From Gemmatimonadota bacterium (GTDB lineage Bacteria; Gemmatimonadota; Gemmatimonadetes; Gemmatimonadales; GWC2-71-9): a stretch of 40,191 nucleotides of DNA. The stretch is from assembly GCA_039588295.1 (NCBI GenBank), contig JBDHAB010000028.1, positions 1 through 40,191 on the forward strand, read 5' to 3'. The translations under genes were made by a program, and so were the position numbers. Positions 27,272-35,622 of this stretch are shown in pieces. A model generated the notes under the pieces. That model did no database searches. It was given only the letters and a program-made list of their open reading frames with translations, and was not told where the DNA came from. Position 1 is the stretch's first letter. Each line of letters opens with the position of its first letter.

Positions 27272-27592
27272 ATGTATGCACGCAAAGTGTTTATGAATCT
27301 GAAGAACGCTTCGAACACCCCCGAGCTCACCCATAGGTTGGAGAAAAGGGTCATTCCCATGCTTCGCGATCTGAAGGGGTTCCAGGACGAAATCACGTTC
27401 GTTAGCCCCGGCCGAACGGATGCGCTCGCCATCAGTCTGTGGGACAACAAGGAGAGCGCGGACGCTTACAACCACGACACGTATCCGGGAGTGTTGAAGG
27501 CTCTGGATGGGTTGCTTGAAGGCAATCCTCGGGTTGAGACCTGTGAGGTCGGCAACTCCACCTTCCACAAGCTCGCAGTTTCAGTAGCCTAA
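27272..27592 (+). CDS. ABM-like (dimeric alpha-beta barrel) small protein
   Basis: VIPMLRDLKGFQDE, ISLWDNKESADAY; AAGGAG RBS. Confidence 0.75.
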   Translation: MYARKVFMNLKNASNTPELTHRLEKRVIPMLRDLKGFQDEITFVSPGRTDALAISLWDNKESADAYNHDTYPGVLKALDGLLEGNPRVETCEVGNSTFHKLAVSVA

Positions 27593-27740
27593 GGCCAATG
27601 CCGCCATCAACGCCTGTTTGAACCCGTGTTGAACGGCCCGCTGAGCCGCCCGTTTCCCCTTGATTCGACGGCATCAGCGCACGGCGCCACGGCTGAACAG
27701 ACACGCTAGCGGCCCAAGGGCACTAGGTTTTCTCGCCCGG

Positions 27741-27768
27741 TGGGGGCGGACTCAGTCCGCCCCCATTT
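27741..27768 (+). terminator. GC-rich hairpin, possible intrinsic terminator
   Basis: TGGGGGCGGAC-TCA-GTCCGCCCCCA followed by only a short TTT tract. Confidence 0.45.
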
Positions 27769-27905
27769 GGCTTCCACCCAAGCACAAAGAGACAATTTCA
27801 CCGGCCTGCTTGATTCTCGACGCATTGAGGCTAGTATCAAGGTCCTGGTGATAGGGTCTGGCTGGTAGCGAGACGCGGGGCAAAGGATCAACGCGAGGGG
27901 ACCTC

Positions 27906-28472
27906 ATGCTCAGAATTCTTGTCTTGACCACTATCTTGAACTCGTGCGCCGCCAGCGCGTTCGCGCAGCCGGCGGACACGACGACCACAGCAAAACCGAC
28001 ACCGCCCAAGCACAGCCAGCCCGGCCCCAGCAGAGTCTACTTCGGCGGGACCGTCGGCTTCAGCTTCGGCGACTACTTTCGCATCAGCTTGATGCCGTGG
28101 GTCGGCTACAAGATAGCCCCCAAGCTCTCGCTGGGAGCGAAGGTCGGCTACGAATACATCGAGGACAAGCGCTACGCAGAGAAGGTGACATCGCACAACT
28201 ACGGCGGGAGCCTCTTTACCCGCTACCGAATCCATCCCCGCGTGTACGCCCACGCCGAGTTCGCCGAAATCAGCTACAAGTACAACACGTCCAACTTCGA
28301 ATCCGACCGCCAATGGGTTCCCTTCATTTGGCTCGGCGGTGGGCTCCTGCAGCCCATGGGCCCGCGCACGTCGCTGATCGTGGAAGTGCTGTTCGACGTG
28401 CTGCGAGACGACAACTCACCCTACGAAGATTGGAGCCCTTACATCAGCATTGGGGTGGGCGTCGGTCTCTAG
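27906..28472 (+). CDS. Putative outer-membrane beta-barrel protein
   Basis: Signal peptide ending AFA-Q; alternating aromatic/Gly strands (VYFGGTVGFSFG ... ISIGVGVGL). Confidence 0.7.
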   Translation: MLRILVLTTILNSCAASAFAQPADTTTTAKPTPPKHSQPGPSRVYFGGTVGFSFGDYFRISLMPWVGYKIAPKLSLGAKVGYEYIEDKRYAEKVTSHNYGGSLFTRYRIHPRVYAHAEFAEISYKYNTSNFESDRQWVPFIWLGGGLLQPMGPRTSLIVEVLFDVLRDDNSPYEDWSPYISIGVGVGL

Positions 28473-28489
28473 AAGGGCGAGGAGGTCGC

Positions 28490-28957
28490 ATGGGAACTGA
28501 GCAAGAACTGGCCGGCTACAAGTATCGCGGTGCCCGCGCCCTGGTGCTTCTGCACGAGCGACACATGCGCGAGTTCCTCGACACCTGGAAGGCGGCGAAG
28601 CGGGCGGGAGTCGCGCTGCCGAAAACCAAGGATCCCGCCTATCAGTCCCTGGACGCGCTGCTCCGGCACGTCTTGAGCTGCGCGCGCGGATACATGACCT
28701 GGACGTGCAAGATGCTCGAGCTGCCGGACCCTCAGATGGCGCCGGTGCCGGGCCTCGACGAGATCGCGCAGAAGGCCGATGACTATCTCGAACATCTCCT
28801 GGCGCAGTGGCGCACGCCGCTCTCCACCGTCACCGAAAAGCAGCTCGATCGCGAATACACCGCGCGCTGGGGAGGTACGTACTGCGTCGACGCCATGCTC
28901 GAGCACGCGGTGATGCACCCGATCCGGCATCGCTTTCAGCTCGAGGAACTGATGTAG
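28490..28957 (+). CDS. DinB-like protein
   Basis: GGAGG RBS; LLRHVL and MLEHAVMHPIRHRFQL His motifs. Confidence 0.75.
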   Translation: MGTEQELAGYKYRGARALVLLHERHMREFLDTWKAAKRAGVALPKTKDPAYQSLDALLRHVLSCARGYMTWTCKMLELPDPQMAPVPGLDEIAQKADDYLEHLLAQWRTPLSTVTEKQLDREYTARWGGTYCVDAMLEHAVMHPIRHRFQLEELM

Positions 28958-29000
28958 AGGAGGATTGCGGATGCACAGCAAGCCAGAGGAGGTGAAACAA

Positions 29001-29441
29001 GTGTCAAAGCAACCTCTGGTTCTTTGCCTATTGGCGGTCTGGCTGATTGGGTGTTCGGAATCGAAGCAGGTGACACTGGAGTTCCGAATTGCAGAAGACG
29101 AGCCCGCGCCGGAGTTGACGGAAATGGCATTCGATCCGACTGGGGAGCGCTTCTATCTCCACGATGAAGTGCTGGTCAACCAGTCTGATGTCGACTCGGC
29201 GTTCGCGACCATGCAAGACGGAAGCTGGGCCGTGGAACTCATGCTCACAGCGGCTGGCAGCCAGGAATTCGAAGAGCTGACCGAGGGCAACGTCGGGAAA
29301 CGGTGTGGCATGGTCTTGAACGGGAAGCTTGTGTCCGCTCCTCGAATTATGGCCCCGATTCGTGTTGGTCGAGCCATTCTTGCGAGTGACTTCACAGAGG
29401 AGAAGGCGCGTCGAATCGCGCAAGGGCTGTCACGACCTTAG
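29001..29441 (+). CDS. Lipoprotein consisting of a stand-alone SecDF P1 head-like domain
   Basis: GGAGGTG RBS; LIG-C lipobox; LEFR, F..LT..NVGKR..MVLNGKLVSAPRI, FTEEKARRIA. Confidence 0.75.
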   Translation: MSKQPLVLCLLAVWLIGCSESKQVTLEFRIAEDEPAPELTEMAFDPTGERFYLHDEVLVNQSDVDSAFATMQDGSWAVELMLTAAGSQEFEELTEGNVGKRCGMVLNGKLVSAPRIMAPIRVGRAILASDFTEEKARRIAQGLSRP

Positions 29442-29497
29442 CGCATCCCGTGGGCCACCAATCGCCACCGGGTACGCGCGGACCCGTAGCTCCCTTT

Positions 29498-29610
29498 TTT
29501 CCCCTAGACAGCCAAGTCCCCCGGGCCTAGATTCAACCCATAGGCCCCGCCGCCCACCGGTCGACGCTAGGAGGCCATCATGACCCTCTCAAGCTCGCGG
29601 CCCGGGAGCC
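29498..29610 (+). repeat. Copy 1 of a duplicated promoter plus gene-start unit
   Basis: 29498-29530 matches 30178-30210 at 28/33 positions; 29580-29610 resembles 30263-30293. Confidence 0.7.
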
Positions 29611-30167
29611 CCCGACCCCGACGCAGCCGTATCCCCCGAGCGACCCCATACCCCTACCCCGCGCGAACGATACTCTTCTGGCTCGTCTTCGGGCTGGCCG
29701 TTGCGGCCGGCGATGGATGCAAAGATCCGTCGTCTCCCTGCGGCCCCGGTTGGACACCCGTGGAATACCCCGGCCGCCACGGCAACCGAGTGAGCATTCC
29801 CCAAGGAATCTGGGGAGACGTCTGGTTCTGGAAAGGGAACTTCATGCCCAGCTGCGCGACCGGGACCATCACGGCGGTGGGACGAGAGATGAGAATCCAC
29901 GAGCTCACTTCATTTCAGGACGTGGTCCAAACGCAAGGACCGTTTTACGAGCAGATCAACACCCAGCTCATCGCAACTGCCTGGTCCGATGCGCAGGGCT
30001 TTTTTCAGGTCAACCTCCCGCCCGGCGAGTACAGCGTGTTCGCCGTCGAAGACACGCTGTTCTACGCAAATCGGTTCGATGGAGCGGGGAACATCTACCC
30101 CGTAACGGTCGAGGCGGACAAGGTGACCGGCATTCGATTCGATATCGACTATCGAGCGGCTTACTAG
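29580..30167 (+). CDS. Hypothetical exported protein/lipoprotein with a transthyretin-like (carboxypeptidase regulatory-like) domain
   Basis: GGAGG RBS; hydrophobic segment ending GDG-C; QGIWG.V....GNFMP; SDAQGFFQVNLPPGEYSV. Confidence 0.7.
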   Translation: MTLSSSRPGSPRPRRSRIPRATPYPYPARTILFWLVFGLAVAAGDGCKDPSSPCGPGWTPVEYPGRHGNRVSIPQGIWGDVWFWKGNFMPSCATGTITAVGREMRIHELTSFQDVVQTQGPFYEQINTQLIATAWSDAQGFFQVNLPPGEYSVFAVEDTLFYANRFDGAGNIYPVTVEADKVTGIRFDIDYRAAY

Positions 30168-30177
30168 CGCCGAGCAC

Positions 30178-30293
30178 TTTCCCCTGGACACCCAGCTCCC
30201 CCGGGCGTAGCCTCCTCCCCAAGCGCTCGGCCTTGCCAAAGGCCGGCGCGGGGAGCGAAACCATGATTCCCATAAGCTCACGGCCGTGGAGCC
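30178..30293 (+). repeat. Copy 2 of the duplicated promoter plus gene-start unit (truncated paralogue)
   Basis: TGGACA-N17-TAGCCT versus TAGACA-N17-TAGATT in copy 1; MIPISSRPWS versus MTLSSSRPGS; similarity is lost after about 10-20 codons. Confidence 0.65.
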
Positions 30294-30467
30294 GGAGCTC
30301 CCAATCCTGCCGCCGTCGTCTCGGCGAGACGCCTCAGCATCTCCGTTCGCAGTCACCTCAACGTGCCCAACTCCTCCAACAAATGGGGTTGTCTAGTTAC
30401 GCTGCAAGGGTCGGGTGGGGAATTGCAGAATAGGTAGCTGTCACAGCCTCGAATCGGGGAGGATGAG

Positions 30468-32603
30468 ATGGCGGTCTCACGCGCACAGCTCAGCGCCGCG
30501 TCCGCGGGTCCCGCGCTCGCTGACAACCGGCCTCCGAGTTTCCTTTCCGTCGGTGATTCTTTGATGTGGGGACAGGGGCTTCACCCCGTCCACCGCTTCC
30601 GCGAGCTAGTACGTTCGCGCGTCGCGCGCGAGCATGGCGTCGTTGCCGAACTCGCGATGGCACGCTCCGGCGCCGTAATGGAGCCGCAAGGATCAGACGG
30701 CGGACTTCACGACGGCTTGCTCGATCCCGGAACAAATCTGTCGCCGTGGTATTCGCCGGAAGACTTCGCCCGCGAAATGCCCAGCAGCGCGATGTCGATT
30801 CAGCAGCAGCTCGAAACCGCGCGGGACCTTATCGATCAACACTGGGGAAAAGGCGCGCCGCACGACGTGCGCTGGATCTTGTTGGATGGTGGCATCAACG
30901 ATATAGGGATCTTCAACATTCTGACGCCGTTCCGCGCCGAGCTCGACGGCTATGCGCTGCGGTGTTGGCCGACCTGGCTGCTGGATCAAGCCGTGAGCAT
31001 CGAGGAACTGATGTTCGATACGCTCGATATCGCGCTGCGCAACTTCCCAGCAGCGGCGGTCGTAGTCAACGGCTACTTTCCCGTGTTCTCGCTCTACTCG
31101 GTGGCGTCGATCACCAAGCTGCAGAGTGTCGGCTTTCTACACGGAATTTCGAACCTCGTACTGACGTCGCCCTTTGGCCTCGATGCCCTGGCCAACGCTT
31201 CGACCGCTTGGCAGGCCGCCAGCACCCATCACCTGCGGCGCGCGATCCGCCGCGTGCTGCGAGTCCCCGAACACACCGCGCGCACCGTGCTGTTTGCGCG
31301 ATCGAACATCGAGGGGCCGCACAGTCTCTTTGGACCGAGCGCCTGGCTTTGGGGCTACGATGCCATCCCCGATGGCGTGCCCGAAAACGTCAGCCAGTGG
31401 GCCCAGTGGCTTGGCGGCGCCACACCGGAAGATGAGGTGATCCCGGAGCGCATCAGTCAGTGCAACGCAAACCAGACCAATTTTGGCGGGGCGATCACCT
31501 GTCGACTCGCTTCCATCGGCCATCCCAACATCCCCGGTGCCATCGATTACGCAGAGGCGATCATCGACGTGATGGAACGGGCGGGTGTGCTGCAGCCGGA
31601 CGATTCCCCCTGCTTGGTCGCGGCTCGCCGGCGCTTGGCAGCGTGCCGGCGTGCAATGGACGAGGGCAACTACCGGTGCTTTCGTCTCGATGCTCGTGCC
31701 TGCACGGCGTGTTCCCGGACGACGAATGCCATTGCGGGCGCAGCGGAGGGCCTGATCAAGGATGGCGCCAGTCGATTCGGCGAGGCCGGAAAGAACTTCG
31801 AGGACGCAGCCGCGTGCTTCGAGGACACAGGGAGCGAGATGGGGCAAGCGGCCGCGCGACAATTCACTGCTGCCTCTGGCAACTTCGCGGAGGCTGGGGG
31901 ACACTTCTCGAACATGGCAGATTGCTGGGACGACACCCAGGACACGTTCCAGGAGTGCGACGACGAGAAGGCGTCAAAAATTGCCGAATGCAATCGCGCA
32001 CATGAAAACCGCGTCAACACCACCTGCAACATACAGTGCAACAGCTTCACCAACTGCAATCGCTTCGGTCGATTCGATCCCCGCCGCTACGCCTGTCGCG
32101 CCGCTCGGGCCGTCTGCGTTGCGGCGGCGGCAACCGCACGCGGCGTTTGCAGAGCTGGCTCGGTGGCCATGCGCGAAGCCTGCAAGGTCGCCGCCGAAGC
32201 CGCGGCCGTCGTGTGCAAAGGCGCCGAGGTCGTGGAGAACACCGGATGCACGCTGAGCGAAGGTGGAAAGGGTATCTGGGAGGGCGTCAAGGGTGTCGGT
32301 CGCATGTTCGCAGGCGTTGGCGCCGCGATCGGCACCTTCGGCGGCAACCTCGGGTGCGCGTTCGGCAATGCCGCCAAGGGCGCCGGCAATGCGATCCTCG
32401 GCGCCGGTGAGGTGCTCCTGGGCGGCGCGGTCGGACTGGGGGCCCTTGGCTTCTATCTCGGCTGCAGCGGTACGCGCTGGGTATTGACCCGCTCCTGCCG
32501 AATCACACACTGGGCCGTCGGCGCCGGCTGCCGCCTGGGCAACGCCGTGCTGAGCACTCCCTGCGCAATCCGAAACGCCCTCACCCGACCCGGAACGCCG
32601 TAA
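30468..32603 (+). CDS. SGNH/GDSL hydrolase fused to a cysteine-ladder helical C-terminal region
   Basis: VGDSLMWGQG (block I), ARSGA (II), DGGIND (III), GHPN (V); 23 Cys in residues 382-699; GGGAGG RBS. Confidence 0.8.
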   Translation: MAVSRAQLSAASAGPALADNRPPSFLSVGDSLMWGQGLHPVHRFRELVRSRVAREHGVVAELAMARSGAVMEPQGSDGGLHDGLLDPGTNLSPWYSPEDFAREMPSSAMSIQQQLETARDLIDQHWGKGAPHDVRWILLDGGINDIGIFNILTPFRAELDGYALRCWPTWLLDQAVSIEELMFDTLDIALRNFPAAAVVVNGYFPVFSLYSVASITKLQSVGFLHGISNLVLTSPFGLDALANASTAWQAASTHHLRRAIRRVLRVPEHTARTVLFARSNIEGPHSLFGPSAWLWGYDAIPDGVPENVSQWAQWLGGATPEDEVIPERISQCNANQTNFGGAITCRLASIGHPNIPGAIDYAEAIIDVMERAGVLQPDDSPCLVAARRRLAACRRAMDEGNYRCFRLDARACTACSRTTNAIAGAAEGLIKDGASRFGEAGKNFEDAAACFEDTGSEMGQAAARQFTAASGNFAEAGGHFSNMADCWDDTQDTFQECDDEKASKIAECNRAHENRVNTTCNIQCNSFTNCNRFGRFDPRRYACRAARAVCVAAAATARGVCRAGSVAMREACKVAAEAAAVVCKGAEVVENTGCTLSEGGKGIWEGVKGVGRMFAGVGAAIGTFGGNLGCAFGNAAKGAGNAILGAGEVLLGGAVGLGALGFYLGCSGTRWVLTRSCRITHWAVGAGCRLGNAVLSTPCAIRNALTRPGTP

Positions 32604-32619
32604 TAATGAGGTGGATCCA

Positions 32620-32733
32620 ATGGATCAAGCCACAAAGAAGAGGTGCTGGTGCAAGCCCATCGGCTTGGTGCTTCTTGCGGCGATGATGTTCGGCCTGTAC
32701 CAAGCGCTCGTCTGGATCGCGGGTCTGTTCTGA
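32620..32733 (+). CDS. 37-aa single-TM small protein (below the ORF-track cut-off)
   Basis: GAGGTG RBS; MDQATKKRCWCKPIGLVLLAAMMFGLYQALVWIAGLF*; starts 16 nt after the SGNH stop. Confidence 0.6.
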   Translation: MDQATKKRCWCKPIGLVLLAAMMFGLYQALVWIAGLF

Positions 32734-32846
32734 GAAGCCTTGACGGGACGCCACGGTTATACATGGTGAAGGACGTCCGGGAGCTGCCCGTCGAGATCAT
32801 CATCGACGGCTCCAGCGTGGTGGTCGAGAGTCGCAACGGGTACTGA
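32734..32846 (+). pseudogene. Possible 3' gene remnant
   Basis: Protein-like, codon-biased frame LDGTPRLYMVKDVRELPVEIIIDGSSVVVESRNGY* with no credible start or RBS. Confidence 0.3.
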
Positions 32847-32871
32847 TACTAAGATGCGGGAGGATAGCTCA

Positions 32872-33597
32872 ATGAAACCCGATGGCAGGAGTGATCTTAT
32901 GGCGACCCTGCTGCAGGAGCAGGACCATTACCGTGCAGAAGTCCGCATGTTCGACGCACACTTCTTCAGAGTGTTGCTCAGCTATGCCACTGGTCTGATT
33001 GCCGCGTTTGGCTGGCTAGGCGCGCAAGTGCTCGAGCGGAGCGCTCAACTAGTCCAAGAGGCTGCGATGAGAACTCCACCTGTTGTTCTTCCACTCGGCC
33101 AGGCAAGCCAACACGTCTTCAGTGAGCTGTCGGATGGTCCATTCTTCTACCTGTTCAGTGGAGTACCGGCGATCACGGCGCTCATGTTCCTGTTCGTCGC
33201 GAGGGACTGGACAAGCTTGAACGAGAAGTTCAACCTTCTCAAGGGAGTCAGCGACAGGATTGCCGCGATTGTCGCCGGGGAAAGCTGCCCATCCGAGGCA
33301 CTTCTTCGTCTCGACCGGGGTTTCAAGAATAGGGGGCAAGGCTTGCGCAGAGGGGTAGAGAGCACGCTCTTCGTTTTTTGGTTTGCGGCTGCCCTCACAC
33401 TCTCGGTCATCATACTCCTTGATATTCACAAGTTCGCAGACGGTACAGCAAGGGAACTCTGGTTCTGGTTCGCGGGCTGCTTTGGGCTCCTCGTGGGAAT
33501 CGGAAGTCTATTGACGGCTTTGATTGCCTTCCGCAAGCGAGCGTATCAGGAAAAGCCCCGGGGTGCGCATGGTAACCCAGTCGAGGACGCGTCCTGA
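32872..33597 (+). CDS. Hypothetical 4-TM membrane protein
   Basis: GGAGG RBS before ATG 32872; four hydrophobic segments; lower GC than the flanks. Confidence 0.7.
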   Translation: MKPDGRSDLMATLLQEQDHYRAEVRMFDAHFFRVLLSYATGLIAAFGWLGAQVLERSAQLVQEAAMRTPPVVLPLGQASQHVFSELSDGPFFYLFSGVPAITALMFLFVARDWTSLNEKFNLLKGVSDRIAAIVAGESCPSEALLRLDRGFKNRGQGLRRGVESTLFVFWFAAALTLSVIILLDIHKFADGTARELWFWFAGCFGLLVGIGSLLTALIAFRKRAYQEKPRGAHGNPVEDAS

Positions 33598-33677
33598 CGC
33601 TAGGTTTCGAGAGCGTGTAGAATCAGTTAGGCAAGAGACCACCGCCCCGGGGCGAGCCTTGAGAGGAGAGAGTAAGC

Positions 33678-34586
33678 ATGAGGTTCATCAAACCCGCAGA
33701 GATTGCGTCAAGAATAATGTCCTTGATGGATGAAGCCGAGAATACGTTGATCATCATATCTCCGTATAACAAGATTGCGAAGTGGGAGAAAATGAGGCGC
33801 CTACTGATGGCGGTCAGCAAAAGAATCGACGTTGAGTACTACATACGCGCCAGGGTGCCTGGTAATCGGAAAGAAATCACTTCTATGGGCATCAATCCTG
33901 TTGAAATCGATAATCTCCATGCGAAGGTGTATATGAATGAGAGGTCAGCGATAGTCACGTCTATGAACCTCAATGAGTCGTCTGATATTCAATCGCTAGA
34001 CATTGGTTTCGAAACAGAGAACTCTGACGAGTTCGAACACGTAAAGTCCTTCTATCGTACCCACATTAGGCCCCGGCGCGGCGCGATTCTTGTCGAAGGT
34101 GCCTTTCGTGCGGGCGCAGTTGCTGACCAATCGGATTGTGTGAGTGCTCTGCAGGAATGTCTACACCGCGGCATGAAGAGCCGCGCGTTTGAGAGAAGCG
34201 GTGACGTCCTTGTTTTGAAAGACGCGTTCCTCAATGGTCTCAGCGTGAGGCTCGAACCGAGGTCTGGGTACTACAGGATTGACTTTCGATTTGAGTTGCC
34301 ACCCGATCGCAAGAGCTATCTCTTTCACGGACTTGAGGGGATGAGAGATCAGCTTGAAACGGAGATTGGCCACAACATCGAATTCGGTCGGCAGATGAAA
34401 CGAATCAAGATCGACGTTGGAAACAAGGGGAGCACGCGATTCGACTATAAGCATATAGGAGCTTGGGATCGGGGCACACTTCGAGATTGGCTTGGCTCCG
34501 AATACGACCAACTCGTACGGGTGTTCGTTCGATCAATCAACGCAATCGTGCCGAGAATCAAGAAGTTGGAAACTATGGCGAAGTGA
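33678..34586 (+). CDS. Phospholipase D-family (single HKD-like motif, nuclease-type) domain protein
   Basis: IIISPY and LHAKVYMNERSAIVTSMNL in the N-terminal ~130 aa; unknown C-terminal domain; visibly AT-richer. Confidence 0.8.
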   Translation: MRFIKPAEIASRIMSLMDEAENTLIIISPYNKIAKWEKMRRLLMAVSKRIDVEYYIRARVPGNRKEITSMGINPVEIDNLHAKVYMNERSAIVTSMNLNESSDIQSLDIGFETENSDEFEHVKSFYRTHIRPRRGAILVEGAFRAGAVADQSDCVSALQECLHRGMKSRAFERSGDVLVLKDAFLNGLSVRLEPRSGYYRIDFRFELPPDRKSYLFHGLEGMRDQLETEIGHNIEFGRQMKRIKIDVGNKGSTRFDYKHIGAWDRGTLRDWLGSEYDQLVRVFVRSINAIVPRIKKLETMAK

Positions 34587-34649
34587 AAGTGGATCTGACA
34601 CCGATTTCGGGATTGTCTCGAGAAGACGTGGGAGATAGTGACGCCAAAG

Positions 34650-35480
34650 CTAAATGGGATCGAGTTGAGGTAACGTAGAGATCACTTGGGCGTCCAGCCC
34701 CCGCCTGAACAACTCCTCCAACGCGCGCGGCCCCTCTTCGCCCATGTCCACCGTGTCTTCGTTCACGTACATGCGCACGAAGGCGCGGCAGGTCTCGCGG
34801 TCGATGCCGCGGCCGAATTGCATGGCGTAATCGAGGGCGTCGTCTTCGTGGGCGCGGGCGTAGACGATGCTTTCTTTGAGGGCGCGGGCGATGGTGTGCA
34901 TGGTTTCTTCGCCGAGGCGGCGGTCGATGACGTCGAGGCCGAGGGGAATAGGGAGACCGGTGTCGTCCATCCAGGCTTTGCCGAGGTCGAGTACGAGGTG
35001 GAGGCCGGTCTGCTGCCAGGTGAGTTGACCCTCGTGGATGATGACGGCGGCGTCGGCCTGGCCGCTTTGCACGGTGTCGATGACCTTGTCGAACGCTACC
35101 TGGACGGGCTGGAAGGGCGCGGTGACGAAGAGGCGCAGCAGCATGTACGCCGTCGTAAAATCGCCTGGGACGGCGATGCGTTTGTTCGCGAGGTCGGACA
35201 GGGTCATGGGCTGCGGCGCGAGGAGGACGGGGCCGTAGTTGCGGCCCACGGACGCGCCGCAGGACATGATGCGGTAGCGGTGGGCGACTTCGGGATACAC
35301 GGCGGCGGAGATGGCGGTCACGGGCAGCTCGCCCTTGCGGGCCTTCTGGTTGAGGGTCTGAATATCGGCCATCACGTGATCGACCTGGTAGCCGGGGATG
35401 GTCACGATCCGCTTGGCGAGGGCATAGAACATGAACGCGTCGTCGGCGTCGGGGCTGTGTCCGATGAGGAGTGTCTGCAT
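34650..35480 (-). CDS. mqnD: 1,4-dihydroxy-6-naphthoate synthase MqnD (futalosine menaquinone pathway)
   Basis: GHSPDADDAFMFYAL, DIQTLN, GASVGRNYGP, PGDFTTA, IIHEGQLT, LPIPLG, MYVN. Confidence 0.85.
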   Translation of the reverse strand: MQTLLIGHSPDADDAFMFYALAKRIVTIPGYQVDHVMADIQTLNQKARKGELPVTAISAAVYPEVAHRYRIMSCGASVGRNYGPVLLAPQPMTLSDLANKRIAVPGDFTTAYMLLRLFVTAPFQPVQVAFDKVIDTVQSGQADAAVIIHEGQLTWQQTGLHLVLDLGKAWMDDTGLPIPLGLDVIDRRLGEETMHTIARALKESIVYARAHEDDALDYAMQFGRGIDRETCRAFVRMYVNEDTVDMGEEGPRALEELFRRGLDAQVISTLPQLDPI

Positions 35481-35500
35481 AGGGCCTCCGGGAAAGGGAC

Positions 35501-35587
35501 ATGTTAGCGGACGGACGGGGAGTTGTAAACGGGGTTGCCGGGGTCGGGAGTGGTGGGATGGACAGTTGGGGGAGAGAGACGTAGACT
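35501..35587. promoter_or_regulatory. Divergent sigma70-like promoter pair
   Basis: Minus strand TTTACA-N17-TAACAT (35529-35501); plus strand TGGACA-N17-TAGACT (35559-35587). Confidence 0.45.
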
Positions 35588-35622
35588 GGCCGGGTGGAAG
35601 CTGGGTCGTGAATCACATGGTC

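Noticed and set aside
27600..27712. attC-like ending (GCTGAACAGACACGCTAG) suggesting an integron cassette
   Set aside because: There is no complementary RYYYAAC or L box, the core is GCT rather than GTT, it does not recur at other gene junctions, and no integrase is present.
33590..33632. GTTAGGC core-site-like sequence upstream of the PLD gene
   Set aside because: No convincing inverse core site or paired stem
34588..34608. GGATCTGACACCGATTT resembling REP-like GGGTCTGACCCC elements at the island edge
   Set aside because: Single degenerate copy with no partner repeat or transposase in the window
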